DNA of 64,000 nucleotides from the NCBI GenBank assembly GCA_041660005.1, contig JBAZXG010000007.1:72-64071 (forward strand), given 5' to 3'. Below are positions 59,390-64,000 of this stretch, piece after piece. Positions within the stretch are counted from its first letter, which is position 1, and each line of letters begins with the position of its first letter. This DNA comes from Patescibacteria group bacterium. GTDB taxonomy: Bacteria; Patescibacteriota; Patescibacteriia; GWA2-46-9. Under the pieces are notes generated by a model. That model ran no database searches. It had not been told where the DNA came from and worked only from the letters and a program-made list of their open reading frames with translations. The translations under genes were made by a program, and so were the position numbers.

Positions 59390-60418
59390 ATGTCCAAACC
59401 AACCAAGAAGGATTTGCTTACAACGCCCGTTGAACACATCGATATAACAAAGCTCGATGCGGTTTCGCTTATCGAATCCTACGGCAAGATGTCGTTCTCT
59501 GCCCGCGACCTTGCTCGAGCAGCCCGTATTTATGACGCCATGCTGGCGGATCAGAATTGCTCGGCCTGGCTGACTCTTGCCGGATCAACCAGCGCCGCTG
59601 GCTGCATGCAGGTGTACGCTGACCTTGTAAAAAACAACATGATTGATGTTATTGTAGCGACTGGCGCATCAATTGTGGACATGGATTTTTTTGAAGCCCT
59701 CGGCTTTAAACATTACCAAGGAACGCCATTCATTGACGACGGGGAGTTGCGGAGTCTCTATATTGATCGCATCTACGACACCTTTATTGACGAAGAAGAA
59801 TTGCAGGCGTGTGATAAAGCGATTGGCGAAATTGCCGAAAGTTTGCCAGCGCGCCCGCACTCATCTCGCGAATTCATTTCTGCCATGGGAAAGTACCTCA
59901 CGACGCATGCCAAGAAACCCGGGTCATTGGTGCAGCTTGCTTACGAACATCAAGTGCCGATTTTCTGCCCAGCATTCTCTGACTCGTCCGCTGGTTTTGG
60001 GTTAGTCATGCATCAGGTAAAACATCCCGATGAGCACCTCTCCATTGACTCGGTAAAAGATTTTCGAGAACTGACAGACATTAAAATTAAGAGTAACGAC
60101 TCGGGTTTACTTATGGTCGGTGGCGGGGTGCCGAAAAATTTTGCTCAAGACACTGTTGTCTGCGCAGAAGTTCTTGGAAAAGAAGTGCCCGTGCATAAGT
60201 ACGCGGTACAAATTACTGTCGCTGATGTGCGTGACGGCGCTTGTTCTTCTTCAACACTCAAAGAGGCAAGCTCTTGGGGCAAGGTGAGTACAGTGCATGA
60301 GCAGATGGTGTATGCAGAAGCGACGCTTGCCATACCGCTCATTGCCGCCTACGCCTACCAAAAAGAAAATTGGAAAAAGCGTACTCCGCGTAAGTTTGCA
60401 TCACTGTTTGCGGCCTAG
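59390..60418 (+). CDS. Deoxyhypusine synthase-like protein (DHS/homospermidine-synthase family)
   Basis: Length and DHS-typical blocks (AWLTLAGSTSAAGC..., IDVIVATGASIVDMD, GGGVPKNF). Confidence 0.65.
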   Translation: MSKPTKKDLLTTPVEHIDITKLDAVSLIESYGKMSFSARDLARAARIYDAMLADQNCSAWLTLAGSTSAAGCMQVYADLVKNNMIDVIVATGASIVDMDFFEALGFKHYQGTPFIDDGELRSLYIDRIYDTFIDEEELQACDKAIGEIAESLPARPHSSREFISAMGKYLTTHAKKPGSLVQLAYEHQVPIFCPAFSDSSAGFGLVMHQVKHPDEHLSIDSVKDFRELTDIKIKSNDSGLLMVGGGVPKNFAQDTVVCAEVLGKEVPVHKYAVQITVADVRDGACSSSTLKEASSWGKVSTVHEQMVYAEATLAIPLIAAYAYQKENWKKRTPRKFASLFAA

Positions 60419-60441
60419 TTGCGTCATAAGGTGTTGTTTCG

Positions 60442-61323
60442 ATGGTAACGCGTTTTTCTCGTAAACCAACAAGTACACGCCAAAAAGTGCGTGTTGGATT
60501 GGTGCAAATGAAAATGTCTGCTGATCCGGCAGAGAATCTGACCGCTGCCGCCAAGCGCATTGCGCACTTAGCAAAGCAGGGTGCAGACGTTGTTTGCTTA
60601 CCAGAACTTTTTTTGACGCCATACTTTTGCCAGGCGGAGGATAAAAAATTTTTTGCTTTTGCAGAACCTATCCCTGGACCAACCAGTCGTGCCCTTGCTG
60701 ATATTGCTCGCCAGAATAAGGTGGCAATCGTCACCTCGCTGTTTGAGCGATCGCGCAAGAAATTTTACAATACAGCGCTCGTTATTTCACCGGACGGCAA
60801 GGTGAATGCGCAGTACCGCAAAATGCACATTCCGGACGATCCAAAGAATTATTACGCTGAAGCATTCTATTTTTCGCCCGGCAAACAAGGCGCCATCACC
60901 GTTGGCATACATGGCGTGACCGTGAGCCCGATGATTTGTTGGGATCAGTGGTTTCCTGAAGGTGCACGCGCAGCTGCAGCAGGTGGCGCAGAAATTATTT
61001 TTTATCCAACTGCCATTGGTTGGCAAGTCAAAGATAAACATGGTGTTAACCAAGCCGAATATGATGCCTGGCAGACTATTCAGCGTGCGCATGCAATAGC
61101 CAATAATACTTTTGTTATTGCTGTGAACAGAGTGGGCAAGGAAGGTCATCTACGTTTTTGGGGCACCTCTTTTGTGAGCGATCCCTACGGTCGCATCATT
61201 GCTAAAGCTTCAAACACCAAAGAGCAAGATTTACTCGTTACTTGTGATTTGTCGCTTATTCCCAAGATGCGTCGCGATTGGCCATTCTTAACAGCGCGGC
61301 GCTATTCACTATTGCAGAAATGA
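60442..61323 (+). CDS. aguB: N-carbamoylputrescine amidohydrolase (CN-hydrolase family)
   Basis: CN-hydrolase E-K-C layout (VGLVQMKMS..., CWDQWFPE). Confidence 0.8.
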   Translation: MVTRFSRKPTSTRQKVRVGLVQMKMSADPAENLTAAAKRIAHLAKQGADVVCLPELFLTPYFCQAEDKKFFAFAEPIPGPTSRALADIARQNKVAIVTSLFERSRKKFYNTALVISPDGKVNAQYRKMHIPDDPKNYYAEAFYFSPGKQGAITVGIHGVTVSPMICWDQWFPEGARAAAAGGAEIIFYPTAIGWQVKDKHGVNQAEYDAWQTIQRAHAIANNTFVIAVNRVGKEGHLRFWGTSFVSDPYGRIIAKASNTKEQDLLVTCDLSLIPKMRRDWPFLTARRYSLLQK

Positions 61324-62348
61324 AGTATCGCATGCCAGGAGAGTGGGAGCCACATGAGGCTACCTGGATTGCCTGGCCGCACAATAAAGAACATTGGCCG
61401 GGGAAGTTTGAACCTATTCCTCTGGTGTACGTTGAAATTGTGCGCGCATTAGGATCAAGCGAACCGGTTTGCATATGTGTGAACGACGACGCAGAAGCGC
61501 GTGAAGCGAAGTCGCTTCTTGCGGAAAATAATGTGTCTCTCGATAATATTTCTTTCTATACCATTCCAACAAACGCTTCCTGGTCGCGCGATCATGGCCC
61601 AACTTTTGTGCAAGGAGAGCGTGGTGTCGTAGCGCTTGATTGGCAATATAACGCTAACGGCATGAAGTGGGGTCCGTACGATAAAGATGACGCCGTACCT
61701 CCGCAGGTTGCTCAGCTATTAAACGTGCCGGTCATGAAGCCAGGCATGGTGCTTGAAGGGGGATCTATTGATGTCAACGGGGTAGGTTCGCTTCTCACAA
61801 CTGAGCAGTGTCTCCTTAATGTAAATCGTAATCCGTCATTGAAGCGCGAGGATATTGAACAGAGGCTCAAGGAGTATCTTGGGGTTCGAAATATTCTTTG
61901 GCTGAAAGGCGGCATTGAAGGCGACGATACGGACGGTCACGTTGATGATGTGGCGCGTTTTGTAAATGCAACAACGGTGGTGTGTCCGCGAACTGAGGAC
62001 ACTTCGGACGTTGACTATGAAATTTTAGAAAGAAATTTTGCTGATTTGTCTGCCATGCGTGATCAAGATGGCAATGCGCTTACTCTTGTACCCCTGCCAA
62101 CGCCGAGCCCTGTGGTGTATGAAGAAACGCGGTTGCCGGCAAGTTATATGAATTTTTATATTGCAAACAAAGCGGTTTTGGTGCCGACATTTAGGTGTCC
62201 TCAAGATGCAGAGGCACGGTCAATTTTTGAAAAATTATTCCCTACGCGTCGTATTATTGGCATTGATTGCACGGACCTCGTATGGGGATTTGGCACCATT
62301 CACTGCTCAACCCAGCAGCAGCCATCTCTAAAAGCATTAAATTCTTGA
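61320..62348 (+). CDS. aguA: Agmatine deiminase
   Basis: N-terminus MPGEWEPH and a C-terminal catalytic GTIHCSTQQ. Start chosen at MKYRMPGEWE. Confidence 0.85.
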   Translation: MKYRMPGEWEPHEATWIAWPHNKEHWPGKFEPIPLVYVEIVRALGSSEPVCICVNDDAEAREAKSLLAENNVSLDNISFYTIPTNASWSRDHGPTFVQGERGVVALDWQYNANGMKWGPYDKDDAVPPQVAQLLNVPVMKPGMVLEGGSIDVNGVGSLLTTEQCLLNVNRNPSLKREDIEQRLKEYLGVRNILWLKGGIEGDDTDGHVDDVARFVNATTVVCPRTEDTSDVDYEILERNFADLSAMRDQDGNALTLVPLPTPSPVVYEETRLPASYMNFYIANKAVLVPTFRCPQDAEARSIFEKLFPTRRIIGIDCTDLVWGFGTIHCSTQQQPSLKALNS

Positions 62349-62385
62349 CGTTTCTTCGTTTTTACGGTAGGTTATATGTAACGTG

Positions 62386-62410
62386 ACGCCCAACGAAGGG
62401 CGTTTTCGTT
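62386..62410 (+). terminator. Rho-independent terminator after aguA
   Basis: Stem acgccc/gggcgt, loop aacgaa, followed by a TTTCGTT tract. Confidence 0.5.
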
Positions 62411-62442
62411 ATACACCACAAATCAGGAGAAAGATACGAGAT

Positions 62443-62649
62443 ATGACTGATGAAACGGAAGGAAGTGGAGGAGCCGCCGCGCAGGGCGGCGGCCTTTTTG
62501 AAACCATCTCGCAAAGCGAGGTGGAATCATGGGGGGCTTACTATGAGTTCGAGCGAGCAGGTCGCAACGGTCTCGTGGTTCGCTCTCGCAACGGTGAACA
62601 TTGGGAAGTTCCCGTTGCGGTTGCTGCGGTAATCCGTGGCAGAAAGTGA
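62443..62649 (+). CDS. Small hypothetical protein (68 aa)
   Basis: Start at MTDETEG is preceded by an AGGAGA Shine-Dalgarno sequence. The longer ORF start at 62383 was rejected because it runs through the terminator hairpin. Confidence 0.4.
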   Translation: MTDETEGSGGAAAQGGGLFETISQSEVESWGAYYEFERAGRNGLVVRSRNGEHWEVPVAVAAVIRGRK

Positions 62650-62655
62650 CCGACT

Positions 62656-62701
62656 GGGGTTGGGGTGGCGAACGCGCTGCCCCGACCCCTCTTTTATTTT
62701 T
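62656..62701 (+). terminator. Rho-independent terminator (GGGGTTGGGG...CCCCGACCCC + T-tract)
   Basis: 10 bp GC-rich stem followed by TCTTTTATTTTT. Confidence 0.7.
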
Positions 62702-62740
62702 GTCCCCAATACCTCGTCGGCTTGCCTCGAGGTTACCGTT
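62694..62740 (+). repeat. 47 nt conserved intergenic motif R1, copy 2
   Basis: tatttttgtccccaatacctcgtcggcttgcctcgaggttaccgtt, with 2 mismatches against 47186-47231. Confidence 0.7.
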
Positions 62741-62784
62741 GTGGGTTTGGTGTGCCTAATTCTAGTGAGTGTAGTAAAATCAAT

Positions 62785-62860
62785 GGTATTAACCCAGAGG
62801 GCAAAGCCGCGGCGGTATGAAACCCTTTGATGCTAGCGTCGATTCACTATCCTCGGCAAT
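62785..62860 (+). promoter_or_regulatory. Conserved leader of the membrane-protein gene; compact version of the mgtA leader
   Basis: Blocks GGTATTAACCCAGAGGGCAAAGCCGCGG, GGTATGAAACCCTTTGATGCTAGCGTCGATTC and CACTATCCTCGGCAATAAA are all shared with 16963-17124, on the opposite strand and in the same order relative to the gene. Confidence 0.5.
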
Positions 62861-62872
62861 AAAAAAGAAATT

Positions 62873-63586
62873 ATGACGTTTCCCTTGAGTCCAGTTTTGC
62901 ATGTTATTAACGGAACAATAGCTCTTTGGGCTGCGTTTCGTTTTTTAAAATCATACAAAGAAACGGGTAGTGTTTTTTACCGCATTTTTATTCATACTGG
63001 TTTTGGCGTAGCTTTTTCTTATTATCTCTATTCAGTGCCGATTTTGTTCGCACCAAAGGACAGCCACTTACACGGCATTTTTTATTTACTCGCTTTTTTC
63101 CCCCTTATTTGGGCGTTATCCAACGCCTTACGCTTTGCTTTTCAGATTTGGAATCTCAAGATATTAGAAAAAATTATTGTACCGATTGCGTTACTATTTA
63201 CTGTGGTTTTTTTTATTGCCCACTTGGCGGCGGTTCCTACTCCGCAAATTGTCAGTGGTATTGTCACTTGGCGCGTGGACTCACCTTTTGATTTCATTTA
63301 CTCTTTTGCGCTTCTTCTTTTGCTGTTGCCGTTAGTTGTTTTATTTTTTACCACCAAAGTACAAGGGTCAAAAGCTCGGTTGAACAAAAGATTGTTCGGT
63401 CTTGCCCTATTGCTCGGTGGTTTCGGAGGTATTGGTACAACCCTTGATGAAACGAAAATTCCGTTGTTAGTCTTCTTTTATCTTGTCGAATTTTTTGGGT
63501 TTTTATCTTTGGCTTTACTTTTTATTCTTGATCGTTATATTCCGGACGATGAGGTTACCAAAGCGTCGCCGCAGGAAGGTTGGTAG
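62873..63586 (+). CDS. Hypothetical polytopic (~7 TM) membrane protein
   Basis: Hydrophobic throughout with no recognisable family. Shares its leader with mgtA. Confidence 0.6.
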   Translation: MTFPLSPVLHVINGTIALWAAFRFLKSYKETGSVFYRIFIHTGFGVAFSYYLYSVPILFAPKDSHLHGIFYLLAFFPLIWALSNALRFAFQIWNLKILEKIIVPIALLFTVVFFIAHLAAVPTPQIVSGIVTWRVDSPFDFIYSFALLLLLLPLVVLFFTTKVQGSKARLNKRLFGLALLLGGFGGIGTTLDETKIPLLVFFYLVEFFGFLSLALLFILDRYIPDDEVTKASPQEGW

Positions 63587-63674
63587 TTGCTGTTTATAGT
63601 CTTTACTATTTCTATCCTAAAGTATTTGTTTAATTTTTTATTAAACGCATAGCCTGGCCGAATAACGAAAAGCT

Positions 63675-64000
63675 ATGCCTAAGGTTTTACATTTTGAAGA
63701 TAATCCGGCATTTGCTGCCTACTTTGACGATGCGTTGCGGCTAGCAAGTTTTAGTGTAGTGCATTGTGCGGTGCCTCCGAACGATGTTGTTGGCTTGGTT
63801 ACCCAAGAGAAACCAGATATACTCATAACAGACGTAGTGATGCCGCGGGTGGACGGGTTCACCCTTACGACTTTGTTAAAGAGTGACGAGCGGACGCGGC
63901 ACATACCCGTTGTTATTCTAACTTCACTATCCAGCGCAGAGCACAGAGCGCGTGGTAAAATTGCAGGAGCGAATTCCTACGTAGTGAAATCGGAACTCGA
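63675..64000 (+). CDS. Response regulator receiver domain protein, 3'-partial (runs off window)
   Basis: ILITDVVMPRVDGFTL...HIPVVILTS with a conserved Asp/Lys layout. Confidence 0.65.
   Translation, partial: MPKVLHFEDNPAFAAYFDDALRLASFSVVHCAVPPNDVVGLVTQEKPDILITDVVMPRVDGFTLTTLLKSDERTRHIPVVILTSLSSAEHRARGKIAGANSYVVKSEL

Noticed and set aside
62383-62442. ORF track start at 62383 for the small protein
   Set aside because: This stretch contains a terminator hairpin for aguA. A Shine-Dalgarno-preceded ATG at 62443 is the better start.

Overview
This 64 kb window is a densely coded bacterial chromosomal segment with almost entirely single-copy genes. The mix of a minimal type IV secretion system (T4SS), a type IV pilus set and a eukaryote-like polyamine enzyme would fit a small-genome, Gram-positive-envelope lineage such as a Patescibacteria/CPR-like organism; this is inference and low confidence.

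**Main gene content**
- 1-14.1 kb: a Gram-positive-style minimal T4SS/conjugation-like cluster. It holds a partial giant Cys-rich surface protein, a VirB6-like polytopic protein with an ~800 aa coiled-coil tail, a small 2-TM VirB3-like protein, a VirB4 ATPase split into two translationally coupled ORFs, and a VirB8-like bitopic protein. A competence gene (comFC) follows.
- 14.3-17.8 kb: an unambiguous Mg2+ P-type ATPase (mgtA) with a ~190 nt structured leader, then a HAD hydrolase.
- 18.5-20.0 kb: two tRNA-Ser genes flanking a 430 bp non-coding gap, and a tRNA-Arg further on.
- 20-30 kb: recG and radA, then a minus-strand run of a Cys-rich exported protein, dsbA-like, a beta-propeller protein, clpC, htpX and lemA.
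- 30.5-38.5 kb: a type IV pilus block (pilM, pilN-like, a single-domain response regulator, a prepilin, pilD), then ligA, gatC and gatA.
- 39.4-46.5 kb: a tRNA-Ser(GGA) locus surrounded by 5' and 3' tRNA fragments. It carries a convergent, overlapping PIF1-like helicase and class-II Fic pair, then a low-GC block (ANT(6)-like nucleotidyltransferase, a PEP-utilizer swivel-domain protein, a GT-C membrane glycosyltransferase).
- 46.5-64 kb: housekeeping and aromatic/threonine genes (GT2, Nudix-like, tyrA, aroK, thrC, HIT, HD), a Na+/solute symporter, a MacB-like ABC pair, and a polyamine cluster (deoxyhypusine-synthase-like, aguB, aguA). The window ends in a partial response regulator.

**Non-coding structure worth attention**
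- A 161 bp element with 17 bp terminal inverted repeats occurs twice, each time exactly filling a stop-to-start gap (upstream of comFC and of ligA).
- Two 34 bp perfect palindromes differ by a symmetric pair of changes that keeps each one palindromic.
- A conserved leader is shared by mgtA and an unrelated 7-TM protein gene. Its palindromic core (CCAG-N-CTTTGCC-CTGG) also sits in the promoter of a third gene.
- A 47 nt repeat recurs in two intergenic regions.

The most plausible novel systems are the tRNA-Ser(GGA) hotspot island (helicase/Fic plus a low-GC NTase/swivel-domain pair) and the repeat/regulatory element families.
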